From Dendrosporobacter quercicolus (GTDB lineage: Bacteria; Bacillota; Negativicutes; DSM-1736; Dendrosporobacteraceae): a stretch of DNA of 64,000 bases. Location: positions 1,257,793-1,321,792 of the forward strand of contig NZ_FNHB01000001.1 of NCBI RefSeq assembly GCF_900104455.1, in the 5' to 3' direction. Made by a program: the position numbers and the translations under genes. Positions within the stretch are counted from its first letter, which is position 1; the number at the start of each line of letters is the position of its first letter. Positions 10,378 through 20,001 of this stretch are shown here, piece after piece. The notes under the pieces are model-generated. The model was given only the letters and a program-made list of their open reading frames with translations, was not told the origin of the DNA and searched no databases.

Positions 10378-11705
10378 TGTAGGCCTCCCCGGGGGGCTTC
10401 GGTTCCAAGCACCAGCGCGCTGTGTATTCCAGAAAAGCCGCTGGCATCTTTTAGAATCAAGTTCAGATTTTTAGGTTTTACGCTTTGGTTCGGTACATAA
10501 TTCAGATCGCACCGGCTGTCAGGATACTCGTAATTAATCGTCGGATGAATTTCTTTGTTGACCAGTGATTGCACACAAGCAACAACTTCCATTGCACTTG
10601 CCGCCGCCAAAGCATGCCCATGCATAGATTTCAAGGAACTGACAGGCACCTCATAGGCTCTTTTCCCCAGCACGGCTTTATATGCAGCTGTTCCATTAAC
10701 ATCATTCTGCGGAGTTGAACTGCCATGTGAATTAATGTAATCAATCTGTTCGGGCCTTACTCCCGCATCCGCCAAAGCAATTTCCAGCGCCCTTGCCAGA
10801 TCTTCTCCGTCCGGCAGCAGTTCGGTCATATGGTAGGCATTACAAGTTGAACCATATCCATAGATCTCAGCTAAAATTGGCGCTCTTCTTTTTATAGCGT
10901 GTTCCCGTTCTTCCAAAACAAGAATTCCGCCTCCTTCACCTAAAACAAAGCCGTCACGTTCTTTGTCAAAGGGCCGTGAGGCTTTTTCAGGCGTACTGTT
11001 TCTTTTGGCTGATACAGCGCCCAAAATATCAAAAGCGGCAAGCGTTACCGGACATAGAGGGGCCTCTGCTGCTCCAGTAATCATGACGTCCGCATATCCG
11101 CTTCTGATCAAATCGAAACTAAAGCCGATCGCATCCAGACCGGCGGCGCAACCTGTCGGTAAGGTCGGACACGCGCCTCTCAGTTTAAATTCAGCGGCCA
11201 CTTCAAGAGACGCCGTACTATAAGTAAATGCCTGATATAACGCCTTGCTTGTCCAAGCTACGTCAAACGCCTCGGTGCACTGTTCCGTCCTCTTTAAAAA
11301 TTCCTGTTCCATGGAGGTTGTACCGGTTATTGCATTGGCGATGCTGACGCCCGCCCGGCGGCAGTCAAGTTCATTCCTGTCAAGTTTGGAATCCTGTATG
11401 GCCATTTTAGCCGCAGCCAGGGCAAATTGAGCATAGCGGTCTAATCTCGCCAGCTGATTTTCTTTTAATTTAAATTCCCGCGGCTCAAAATCTTCAACAG
11501 CCGCACATATTTTCGATTTAAATTGCTCGACCGGAAATTGCTCAATTCCTTTCACACCTGATTTCCCTCTGACACAATTTTTCCAGAATACTTCCTTGCC
11601 AATGCCAATTGGGGAAATAATTCCTACCCCGGTGATAACAACCCGTTTGTTCTCAGCCACCCTTTTTTTCATACGCCGTCTTTCCTCCTCTGCTGACGAT
11701 ACCAT
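10374..11705 (-). CDS. ketosynthase alpha (type II PKS KS, FabF-like)
   Basis: VVITGVGIISPIGIG, active-site TGCAAGLDA, His motifs NSHGSST and KSMHGHALAAAS. The true start may be the internal ATG 11673 (MKKRV) with GAGGAGGA RBS. Confidence 0.85.
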   Translation of the reverse strand: MVSSAEEERRRMKKRVAENKRVVITGVGIISPIGIGKEVFWKNCVRGKSGVKGIEQFPVEQFKSKICAAVEDFEPREFKLKENQLARLDRYAQFALAAAKMAIQDSKLDRNELDCRRAGVSIANAITGTTSMEQEFLKRTEQCTEAFDVAWTSKALYQAFTYSTASLEVAAEFKLRGACPTLPTGCAAGLDAIGFSFDLIRSGYADVMITGAAEAPLCPVTLAAFDILGAVSAKRNSTPEKASRPFDKERDGFVLGEGGGILVLEEREHAIKRRAPILAEIYGYGSTCNAYHMTELLPDGEDLARALEIALADAGVRPEQIDYINSHGSSTPQNDVNGTAAYKAVLGKRAYEVPVSSLKSMHGHALAAASAMEVVACVQSLVNKEIHPTINYEYPDSRCDLNYVPNQSVKPKNLNLILKDASGFSGIHSALVLGTEAPRGGLQ

Positions 11706-11729
11706 TGCCCGGCTGTTACATACGATTGT

Positions 11730-11966
11730 CTAAGATGCCCGGCTCTTCTCTGACAGATGGATCAGTAGGTTTTCGATTGTATCAGCTTCCTTAACTTCGC
11801 AGAATTCCAAATCGCAGTGAAATGTTTTTCTTAAATCACGGCAGAGCTTTACCATTTCAATTGAATCAACGCCTATCTCGTTCGTCAAAGATGTAGCAGC
11901 CGTCATTTCACGACTTGATATGCCCAGAGATTTTGCAATTGCCTCAATTAATGTGTTTTCGTCCAT
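11730..11966 (-). CDS. acyl carrier protein
   Basis: 78 aa, GVDSIEMV phosphopantetheine-attachment motif (DSx); first gene of the operon. Confidence 0.8.
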   Translation of the reverse strand: MDENTLIEAIAKSLGISSREMTAATSLTNEIGVDSIEMVKLCRDLRKTFHCDLEFCEVKEADTIENLLIHLSEKSRAS

Positions 11967-12402
11967 TTTCTCACTTCCCTTTTGATTTCGTTTTCAGAGT
12001 TGATTTACCGGTTGATCCGTTGAACCGGGCCGGTTAAAACCGCCCCCGCCCCTATTTCTTCAAATTTCATTCCGTCTATTGCCAGCAGGCGCCGGATGCT
12101 TTCCATCATTCAGTCCAATGACGGCAGCCATGCCGCCTGCCGGTCTGTAAAACACTTCCACTCTCCTTTGCCCAAAATCCGTCCTTCCGGCCAATTCCAG
12201 ACAGCACGGTTATCGTCGGCGGCAAACCGGCATATTACCAGTTCCTGCCTGCTTCTTTTATAACACAGAGTTTTTACTGAATTCCATACCTTCTGTCTTA
12301 AATGGCGCTATTCTTGCCTAAAACGGCAGTTTGCTGTCTTGTCCAAGACCGGTATGCCAAGCGGTTCCAGCCTTTACAAATTCCGCCGGCCGCGTAAATT
12401 AT

Positions 12403-12431
12403 TGACATATATTGTAAAATAATATATTATT
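12403..12431 (+). promoter_or_regulatory. sigma-A-like promoter (TTGACA-N16-TATTAT) overlapped by a 24-bp perfect palindrome TGTAAAATAATATATTATTTTACA (12413..12436)
   Basis: Read from the sequence; sits about 70 nt upstream of the histidine-kinase start and in the divergent region facing the PKS operon. Confidence 0.45.
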
Positions 12432-12500
12432 TTACATGAATTAAGCTTTTCATTGCCTAAACAGCATGCTACCGTAAATATTCTGAAGGGAGGTAAAAAA

Positions 12501-13511
12501 GTGCTGCAGGGTAATGTCTTAATGATCTTTATTAATTCTTTTCTGGAAGCTATGCTGATCTTAATGATTGCGATATGTCCCTTTCCTCGGTTAGCCGAGA
12601 ACCCGGAAACGATACAAAGCAATATATTTATTCCGGTGTTCGGATTGTTGTTTTCACAAAGCGTAATCATTGTTTTTTTCTTTTGTCAGTATATTGTTCG
12701 ATTTAGAGAACTTTTTGCGCCTGATTATTTCTATTTATATTTCATCATAGTAAACATTCTTTTACCTGTTTTCACTATAACTGTGATTAACCGGCTGGTC
12801 CTTCAACTGAAACATCAAATTGAGTCACAAACCCAACTGGATACGCTGGGAAAAGTAAAAGAATTACTGCTTACCATGCGGGAACAACGCCACAATTTCA
12901 GGCAGGAACTGCAGGTCGTTTATGGATTGTTGGAAGTAGAAGAGTTCCAGGCGGCGCAAGACTATTTGAAAAAGAGCGTCTCCGAAGTAACGGCTGCCTC
13001 GGAAATGATAAAAACCGATAACCTGGGGATTACAGCCCTGTTGTACGCCAAGACCGGGTTAGCAGATGCGCGAAAAATCAATTTGCACGTTACGGTTCAG
13101 ACCAGCCTGCGAAAATTGTCTATGGACACAAGAGATATCAACCTGGTTCTCGGCAATTTAATTGACAATGCTCTTGAGGCAGCACAAGAATGCTCTGCCC
13201 CGGAGCGGATAGTTGAGGTTTTCATTCTGCAGAACGCTAAAGATTATATTTTCGAAGTTAGAAATCTCGGAGCAACCATTTTGCCCGACATATCCGGTAA
13301 AATATTCCAGGCGGGATTTTCGACTAAAGGAAAAGAAAGAGGTTTGGGGCTTTACAGCATAAAAAAACTTGTGTATAAATATCACGGCAATATCCAGGTT
13401 ACCAGTGACCGTAACGGCACTTGCTTTAGGATAACGATACCGGCGGAACAAGCCGGACTGCAAGCCGGTACCGTAAGTCATATCAAATCGGGAAAGAAAA
13501 GCAGTTATTGA
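12501..13511 (+). CDS. AgrC/LytS-like membrane sensor histidine kinase (HATPase_c, HPK10 type)
   Basis: GTG 12501 after GGGAGG RBS; 5-6 N-terminal TM helices; C-terminal GHKL motifs LGNLIDNALEA and GLGLYSIKKLVYKYHG. Confidence 0.75.
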   Translation: MLQGNVLMIFINSFLEAMLILMIAICPFPRLAENPETIQSNIFIPVFGLLFSQSVIIVFFFCQYIVRFRELFAPDYFYLYFIIVNILLPVFTITVINRLVLQLKHQIESQTQLDTLGKVKELLLTMREQRHNFRQELQVVYGLLEVEEFQAAQDYLKKSVSEVTAASEMIKTDNLGITALLYAKTGLADARKINLHVTVQTSLRKLSMDTRDINLVLGNLIDNALEAAQECSAPERIVEVFILQNAKDYIFEVRNLGATILPDISGKIFQAGFSTKGKERGLGLYSIKKLVYKYHGNIQVTSDRNGTCFRITIPAEQAGLQAGTVSHIKSGKKSSY

Positions 13512-13761
13512 AATCTTCGGGATAAAAAATAACCCTTTTAGACACTATAAACAGACTTTCGGGACAAACATGTTTACAGCCGAAAAATATTAATTTATTA
13601 TTATGTATAGAAATAAAATTGCAGCAATAAGAATACAATACCTGTCTTTACACTTTGGCTCTACAGGCAGAATGCAGAGTTGGCATTCGCTGCCCCGATT
13701 TCTCCTGTTGTCGAAACTCTGGCAAGACATAAATATGGCTGAGGATAAGAAGGTTTTTATT

Positions 13762-14511
13762 ATGTTAAAAGTCATTATTTCTGAAGATGATTCTGCAATG
13801 CGGCTCCTTTTAACACGTGTAATAGAAAGAATTGACGGCGTAGAGATTATTGGCAAGACCGAAAATGGCAGACAGTTGATTGAGCTTGTTGAACAATTGA
13901 ATCCGGAGGCTGTGTTTTTAGATATTAATATGCCGGGGATCAATGGCGTCGAAGCATCGAAAGAAATTTTCGCCTTCAATCCCAGGATATTTCTCATCTT
14001 TGTTACTGCTTATGATTGTTTTACCCATGAGGCTTTTGATGTCTATGCCTTTGATTACATTGTGAAGCCGTTTGATCTGAACCGGCTGCATCGAACAATA
14101 AAGCGGATAAAGGAATTGAAGGAAGAGCGGGAAAAAATTGAATTTTTAAAACGGGCGGAAACGCTGTATGGCCGAAAAAATCCCAAGCTTAAAATTTCAA
14201 CCAATGAGAAAAGCGTCTTTGTCAATGTGCATGATATCATCTTAATTACCCGCAACGAACGTAAAACCACAATCTATACGACCGATGGCCTGACTATTCA
14301 GACCAACGATCCTTTGCACTTGTTAGAACAACGCTTGGAAAAATACAAGTTTTTCCGCTGTCACAAAGGGTTTATCATCAATTCCGATATGGTGTTGGAA
14401 CTGGCCCCCTGGGGAGCCAAAACCTACTTAGTCAAGCTGTCCAACACAACCGAAACCGCGCTGATGACATTAGAACACGCCAGAGAATTTCAAAAACGGT
14501 ACTGCCTGTAG
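13762..14511 (+). CDS. LytTR-family response regulator (AgrA-like)
   Basis: ATG 13762 with AAGAAGG RBS; receiver domain (ISEDD...LDINMPG...), C-terminal LytTR DNA-binding domain. Its 3' 306 nt lie inside direct repeat copy 1. Confidence 0.85.
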   Translation: MLKVIISEDDSAMRLLLTRVIERIDGVEIIGKTENGRQLIELVEQLNPEAVFLDINMPGINGVEASKEIFAFNPRIFLIFVTAYDCFTHEAFDVYAFDYIVKPFDLNRLHRTIKRIKELKEEREKIEFLKRAETLYGRKNPKLKISTNEKSVFVNVHDIILITRNERKTTIYTTDGLTIQTNDPLHLLEQRLEKYKFFRCHKGFIINSDMVLELAPWGAKTYLVKLSNTTETALMTLEHAREFQKRYCL

Positions 14512-14679
14512 CGACGACCGTCGAATCTCCCTCACCTAAGCAGGTCATCGGACGCTGGAAAAGCCCGGGATTCTGTCGGCCAAGTGAGCCTACATAAAAA
14601 AACAAGTCTGTCCAAAACCATATGGTATGGTTTTGGACAGACTTGTTTTTCGAACCGGAAACCGGGTATTACAGCAGCC
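14201..14679. repeat. direct repeat copy 1 (about 479 bp): 3' end of LytTR regulator gene plus its terminator
   Basis: Near-identical to 37630..38106. The only differences are cacctaag vs cactaaag and a 7-A vs 5-A run. Confidence 0.95.
14606..14650 (+). terminator. Rho-independent terminator of the LytTR regulator gene
   Basis: Perfect 17-bp stem GTCTGTCCAAAACCATA/TGGTATGGTTTTGGACAGAC followed by TTGTTTTT. Confidence 0.8.
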
Positions 14680-14721
14680 AAAAAATCATCTAATTCCCCA
14701 GTAAGGATTGCAAAACAATCA

Positions 14722-15252
14722 TTACGACACCCCTGCCAAATAATCAGTTATTCCCCTGGCTATCGCCCGGGCAAACTCATCTCGTTTACCGGCATCGGCC
14801 AATAATACCTCATCCTCCGGGTTTGAGATAAATGCCAATTCGACCAATACCGCAGGACAATCAGTATTTTTCAGCACATAAAATCCGGCCGTTTTAACTC
14901 CCCGGTCAACAGTACCAAGGCTATTGACTATCTGCCGCTGTATGCATCCTGCCAGTTTCTCCCCTTGCCCGCCAAGCGAATAACAATAGGTTTCGGTCCC
15001 CTGCGCCGCCCGATTTACCGCTGCATTGCAATGAATGCTAACAAATAAATCAGCGCCGAACCGGTTAGATGTATCTGTGATTTGATACAGTTCGTTTTTC
15101 TGTACTTCCAGCACTACGGCACCAATATCCCTTAGATACCCGGCCACCCGCTGCATAACGCCCTTAACAACAACGGCCTCCTGCAGGCCAGTTGCCCCTA
15201 CTGCCCCGGAATCTAATCCAGGGCAGTGGCCTCCGTTAATTGTAATTTTCAT
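14722..15252 (-). CDS. N-acetylmuramoyl-L-alanine amidase (Amidase_3 family) - lysis enzyme of the tail-like element
   Basis: Amidase_3 core (SIHCNA..., GTETYCY, ELAFISNPED); overlaps the holin-like gene upstream. Confidence 0.8.
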   Translation of the reverse strand: MKITINGGHCPGLDSGAVGATGLQEAVVVKGVMQRVAGYLRDIGAVVLEVQKNELYQITDTSNRFGADLFVSIHCNAAVNRAAQGTETYCYSLGGQGEKLAGCIQRQIVNSLGTVDRGVKTAGFYVLKNTDCPAVLVELAFISNPEDEVLLADAGKRDEFARAIARGITDYLAGVS

Positions 15253-15599
15253 GATGCGCGCTCCTTTTCAGATCCAATACGATCTTCAATATCATCCACT
15301 CGCTCCTTGATTTCGCCGACATTCTGATTTAGGCAGACCATCGTATTATTGATGTTGTTTAGGGCTTCCGTCTGCTTAGCAAGCGTATTGTTCACTAAAT
15401 CGCCCAGCCGTTCTTCTCTAACTTTGGCATCATCCATTGACTTGTTAAAAAACTCCTGCTGCCGGTCAGCCTGCTTGTCCGCCTTGCGGACAACATAAGC
15501 CAGCAGCGGCAGAAAACATATGACAAATAAAATAAACCCGATTAAGTTCGGGTTTTGTATGATATATGGTATTAATGATATGACTTGTATTGCTTCCAT
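15249..15599 (-). CDS. holin-like / lysis-associated membrane protein (single N-terminal TM plus coiled coil)
   Basis: 116 aa with TM LIGFILFVICFLPLLAYVV and a charged coiled-coil tail; directly 5' of and overlapping the amidase. Confidence 0.45.
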   Translation of the reverse strand: MEAIQVISLIPYIIQNPNLIGFILFVICFLPLLAYVVRKADKQADRQQEFFNKSMDDAKVREERLGDLVNNTLAKQTEALNNINNTMVCLNQNVGEIKERVDDIEDRIGSEKERAS

Positions 15600-15664
15600 T
15601 GCCCCACCCCATAAAAAAACAACCGCCTATTAGCGGCTGTTTCACACGTCATAATCTTACGACT

Positions 15665-15691
15665 AAAATAAAAAAAGAGGCTTAATGCCTC
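15665..15691 (-). terminator. candidate rho-independent terminator inside the 720-bp AT-rich gap
   Basis: Minus strand GAGGC-ATTAA-GCCTC followed by TTTTTTTATTTT. Confidence 0.35.
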
Positions 15692-16321
15692 TAAACATTA
15701 TCCATAACGTACAAATTGTGTATCGTTAATGACGGATTTTGTCTTTGTAATATTTCTAAAACTTTATATTTGACTACGCTTTCGTCCTCTATCCCCCAAT
15801 AGTAATGGCGTTCATGTGCATTCCCATAGCTTCATCAGGCATTCTCAAACTTAATTCCCCATTTTCTGAAAAAACAAAAGTGGTTCTCTTTAAATCCTGT
15901 TTCCCTTCAGCTTCAAATTGTGCGGTTAAAAGAATTAGAGCACACTACTCAAAAACCGTTCTTCATGTTTACTAATATCATAGGTAAATACGAATGTCAA
16001 CTTTTCCAATAATTCTTAGGGAAATACAGGTCTTTAAATGCGTGTTGAATTGTATTAATTACGATCATTAATCACGTCCCCACATTAAGATACCTTTATT
16101 TCTATTAATTATCTTAAGTGGTCGGAGATATTCCTTTATCGGAATAGTCTTTTTAGTTTGTTGCGATAAACGCTATACCCCGAAAGAGAATTACTCATAA
16201 TCATGACGGTATTCCCTCCTCGCACTTGATGTGACTACTCAATATTTTTTTAATGTTTACTTTTGTTTCGGATAGATTTTGCCTAGTCATAATAATGCCC
16301 TGCTCAATTTAAATAACCGCC

Positions 16322-16567
16322 TTAGCGATTTGCTGCGTCCTTGACCTGATCAGGCGTAAATCCTCGGTGTTCGCGTACTTGCTGAAAAATTTGCTCTACC
16401 TGCCCTGACTGTCCCTGCTGTTGTTTTGTCAGTTGCTGTTCCGCTATCCACATTTCTTGCACTTTTTGCTGCCTAAGTTGCTCTAATTGATTAATTTGCT
16501 CATTTAAGCGTTCCTGTTCTCTCCTAATGTCAAACGCCTCTGATTTTAATTGCATGATTTTGTCCAT
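16322..16567 (-). CDS. small Gln-rich coiled-coil protein (fibre-cassette B accessory)
   Basis: 81 aa; about 85% identical to ORF 22357..22599; lies directly 3' of tail fibre B. Confidence 0.55.
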   Translation of the reverse strand: MDKIMQLKSEAFDIRREQERLNEQINQLEQLRQQKVQEMWIAEQQLTKQQQGQSGQVEQIFQQVREHRGFTPDQVKDAANR

Positions 16568-16601
16568 GATAAAAAATCCTCCCTTAAATTAAAATAACCG
16601 C

Positions 16602-19600
16602 TTATGCGGTTTGATTCTTTAATTCGGCTATTTCAGCCGCTTGCTGATCTACTTTGGCCGATAGCTCCTGCACTGCCTTTATCAGCGGGCCGATAAACTC
16701 TGTATAGCGCAGACCGTGTGAGCCATCTTCTCCGATCGTAAATAATCCAATATCCCTTTCGCCCAGGACTTCCTCTACTTCCTGCGCGATCAAACCGGCG
16801 TGAGGGCGCTTACCGGGAAGTGGAGTTATTACTTCTTTGTACTTAGGCTGTTCCTTAGTAACTGCCGGAATAATAACTTCTTCTGTTATTTCTTCGGATA
16901 CAAGTTTTTCTTCTGTGACAGCTTCTTTTACTAGTCGTTCTTCGGTTACAGCTTCAGTAATTACATTTCCTTCTTCGTCCAGTTCCTCCGATTGGATAAC
17001 AACAGTTTCATATTTGGCTGGTTCTATAATGACAGTCTCATATTTTGCAGGGGTGACTACTCTAGTTTCAGTACGTTCTGGTTCTACTTCTACTGTTTCA
17101 GTTCCGTCTTCAACCTGGGATAATTCGTTTTGTCTGACTTTGTACTTAAATTCTACTGGACGAAGGGAGTTAACAAAATCCAGTCCTAAATCTAAATCTT
17201 TTATGTCAGTTTTCGATCTTTCATCGGAGGTATTAATGGTTGCACTAGCGGCAAAGATTTGTGACCACCTCAAGCCTGAACCGCCAAGGGCAAAATTATT
17301 ATCAACAGATGGCGCAAAAGCACCTGAATCTATAAAACATCTGTCTATATTATTCCTTCTGAAATTTATAGGAAGGTCCAAATTATTACCAATATACATA
17401 CCATTAGAATTTGCTGATATTCTGCCAATTATAGTATTATTTTGAGTAAACCCTAAGTATCCTCCAGTGGAACCATTTAGAATTAACGTTCCGTAATCAG
17501 AAGCATTAAATGCTGGGGATAATGTTCCAACGCTTACTATGTCATAAACATATTCCTTTTGTATATGCGACTCAGACCATCTATAACTACTAGCTCCTAA
17601 AAGATATGCATTATTGTTACCAGGTCGAATGCCATTAACATCTATATAGCACCTTGTAGCAATACCTCCACCTGCATATGTCCCTATCCCAAATGCTCCA
17701 ATTTCGCTTCCTGCTGTCGCAGTTTGGGCATAAGCATTAATTGTGCCATATGCGATATTTGCAGAAGCAGAACTCGCATTCCCTCCATGAAAAGTAATCC
17801 CTGCCGCAGCCGCCCCACTGGATAGTGTACTTGTTCTCTCTAAACCTATCATATAAGGAGACCCTGCGCGATTTATCCACAGCATGTAAGTATCATTTGT
17901 TGCTGTATTAGCATTTGGCCCTAACTTGATTAATCCCGTAAATCTCCCATGATCTGTAAATAGGGTAGACCACCTAAAATTAGACTGTCCGCAACTAAAA
18001 TTATTATCACTTGCTGGCCTAATGCCTTGATGGTTTACATATAACCTATCAAGTAGATTTCCTGCGGCGTTTCTTGTTGCAACCAAAAATCCACCTACTT
18101 CTGAACCTGCTGTTGCAGTTTCGCAAAAACCTGATGCTAAAGCGTAATCTAAGTTTGCGATTTGATTTGAGCTGTTACCTCCCCTAAACAATATTGCTCC
18201 TACTCTTTGATTTCCATTTAGTATCTCTGCCCTCTCTAATGCCATAGAAGTAGTGCCTAATGTTCTCGCATAGTAGACACTTGAATATACAGAAGCCCAT
18301 CTATTAGTTACTAATCCAAGCGCATCTGTATTATTTACACTGGGATAAAACCCTTTATAATCTAGATACATTTTTGTAACAGAATTATTTCCCTCACCTA
18401 TCTCGAACAATAATCCCCCCTTTTCTGCTCCGGCAGTAGAATCAGAAGCATAACTTATTATAGTTCCGTAGGGTAGTCTTGCGTTTGCATTAGACGCGCT
18501 GCCACCTCTTAGCTGTATCCCTGTGGCACGTGGGGCGGCAGATGTTATAAGGGCATTTCTTTCACCCAAGATAGAGACAGGATTTGCTGGCCTTGAAACA
18601 TGAAAAGTAGCTAGTGGATCATTTGTGCCTAATCCCAAAAATCCTCCAACCGTAATTCTCATTTGCTCAGTGAAGGAACTCTCCCCATATATTGCATTAG
18701 TGTTGCCACCAAATATAAGTGGCCCAAAAGATGAGAGCCTGACTCCTCCGGTAATTGTTGAATCAAAATCCAAATATCCCGCAGTACCAGAACCAAAAAG
18801 ATAGCCATTTCTAACGCCTGTAACAGTTGCATGAACAGATATTCCACTATTGCCTGCTCCTCCAGTATACACCTGAAATTGACTTGGTATTGAACTACTA
18901 GGTACACCTCCCAAGCCAAGTTTTCCAGATGGAGCGCAAGCTAATCTTGTAGCATAATCAAGACCGTCTGCTGATGTGTCGTGAAAGTCCAAATATTTTC
19001 CAATGTCCAAAACCCCTGTATTCCCAACATGCGGGACATAAGGCCAAGCTTGAGTATTGCTTTTATAAAGAAGAGGTATTCCTCCAATTACTACATTCCC
19101 ATTCGGAAATGATACAGTATCAATTGTCATTCCTGAGCGGTAAACCCCCATGAAGGTGGTAGCTGAACTGTAGTTATCATTTAACACCCTAAAAGCTATA
19201 GAATTATCACCCACCACTGCTCCCCAATATTTATTATCAGTCGAGGCATTTGTTTTAACTAAGTCAAACGAGGGGCTTGTATTTGATACTCTCACGGCTC
19301 CGGTAAAAATAGCTCCGCTTGATTTAGCAATCTCGTGCCAAACTCCCCATGTCCCATTTACCCATTGTCTTTCATATATCCGATTAGAGGTATCTCTGAA
19401 TCTTAGAAAAATCCAACCAGAAGAAGCACTATTATAAACTCCAGTTACACTTAAATATCCCCAAATACCCGATGAGTATGGGGCGTTAGTTATAGCCGTG
19501 CCACTAGATACTACTATGGAAAAATTTTTTACTGCGCCCATATAACCTGGTATAAACGCAAATAGGGCAGGCAGATCGTTAAAGTCGGTAATGCTGCTAC

Positions 19601-19976
19601 CAATCCCTTGCGACATTCGGGGAAAGTTCGTAATTGGTATCGTACCAAGAGTAGTTGCATCTCCTGTGATACTTGCGGGAAGTTTAGCTTCGGAGTTAAG
19701 ACGTAATAACTTATTTGCTGTAGCTGTGGTGACAACATCAGACGCAGCTACGGCATTCGTTATACCAAAACCTGCCAGGGTACTCGGCTTAGACAGGATG
19801 TTAGTCCAGGACGTTTTAACTATGCCGTCCTCCATTATTGCGCGAAGGCACTCAGCCCAAAAATCGTACAGCCCTAAATTGCTGTTAGTCATCAGAAACG
19901 GCGTTGTCTTGCCGTATGCCCCCACTCGAATTATATTGCCGCTGCCGTCGTACTGTGTTCCAAAGTTAAATGCCAC
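16602..19976 (-). CDS. tail fibre protein B (1124 aa) with C-terminal S74-type intramolecular chaperone domain
   Basis: N-terminal 80 aa conserved with fibre A (MAFNFGTQYDGSG...). Gly/Ser-rich beta-region with three about 100-aa internal repeats (RGG(N/S)xS...YGTI...TAG(S/A)E). C-terminal ...ASATINTSDERSKTDIKDL... then coiled coil, as in T5 pb1 / K1F endosialidase chaperone domains. Confidence 0.75.
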   Translation of the reverse strand: MAFNFGTQYDGSGNIIRVGAYGKTTPFLMTNSNLGLYDFWAECLRAIMEDGIVKTSWTNILSKPSTLAGFGITNAVAASDVVTTATANKLLRLNSEAKLPASITGDATTLGTIPITNFPRMSQGIGSSITDFNDLPALFAFIPGYMGAVKNFSIVVSSGTAITNAPYSSGIWGYLSVTGVYNSASSGWIFLRFRDTSNRIYERQWVNGTWGVWHEIAKSSGAIFTGAVRVSNTSPSFDLVKTNASTDNKYWGAVVGDNSIAFRVLNDNYSSATTFMGVYRSGMTIDTVSFPNGNVVIGGIPLLYKSNTQAWPYVPHVGNTGVLDIGKYLDFHDTSADGLDYATRLACAPSGKLGLGGVPSSSIPSQFQVYTGGAGNSGISVHATVTGVRNGYLFGSGTAGYLDFDSTITGGVRLSSFGPLIFGGNTNAIYGESSFTEQMRITVGGFLGLGTNDPLATFHVSRPANPVSILGERNALITSAAPRATGIQLRGGSASNANARLPYGTIISYASDSTAGAEKGGLLFEIGEGNNSVTKMYLDYKGFYPSVNNTDALGLVTNRWASVYSSVYYARTLGTTSMALERAEILNGNQRVGAILFRGGNSSNQIANLDYALASGFCETATAGSEVGGFLVATRNAAGNLLDRLYVNHQGIRPASDNNFSCGQSNFRWSTLFTDHGRFTGLIKLGPNANTATNDTYMLWINRAGSPYMIGLERTSTLSSGAAAAGITFHGGNASSASANIAYGTINAYAQTATAGSEIGAFGIGTYAGGGIATRCYIDVNGIRPGNNNAYLLGASSYRWSESHIQKEYVYDIVSVGTLSPAFNASDYGTLILNGSTGGYLGFTQNNTIIGRISANSNGMYIGNNLDLPINFRRNNIDRCFIDSGAFAPSVDNNFALGGSGLRWSQIFAASATINTSDERSKTDIKDLDLGLDFVNSLRPVEFKYKVRQNELSQVEDGTETVEVEPERTETRVVTPAKYETVIIEPAKYETVVIQSEELDEEGNVITEAVTEERLVKEAVTEEKLVSEEITEEVIIPAVTKEQPKYKEVITPLPGKRPHAGLIAQEVEEVLGERDIGLFTIGEDGSHGLRYTEFIGPLIKAVQELSAKVDQQAAEIAELKNQTA

Positions 19977-20001
19977 GTGGTAGCCTCCTTTCCTTTCTGT
20001 G

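Noticed and set aside
12000-12300. Possible remnant of a phosphopantetheinyl transferase downstream of... rather upstream of the ACP gene
   Set aside because: A minus-strand frame gives ...FAADDNRAVWNWPEGRILGKGEWKCF..., which loosely recalls the W..KEA..K..G.G PPTase motif. But the frame is short, interrupted, and the resemblance is too weak to call.
12374-12670. 98-aa minus-strand ORF overlapping the histidine-kinase start
   Set aside because: It is antisense to a well-supported kinase gene (RBS plus TM profile plus HATPase), has low-complexity composition and no RBS.
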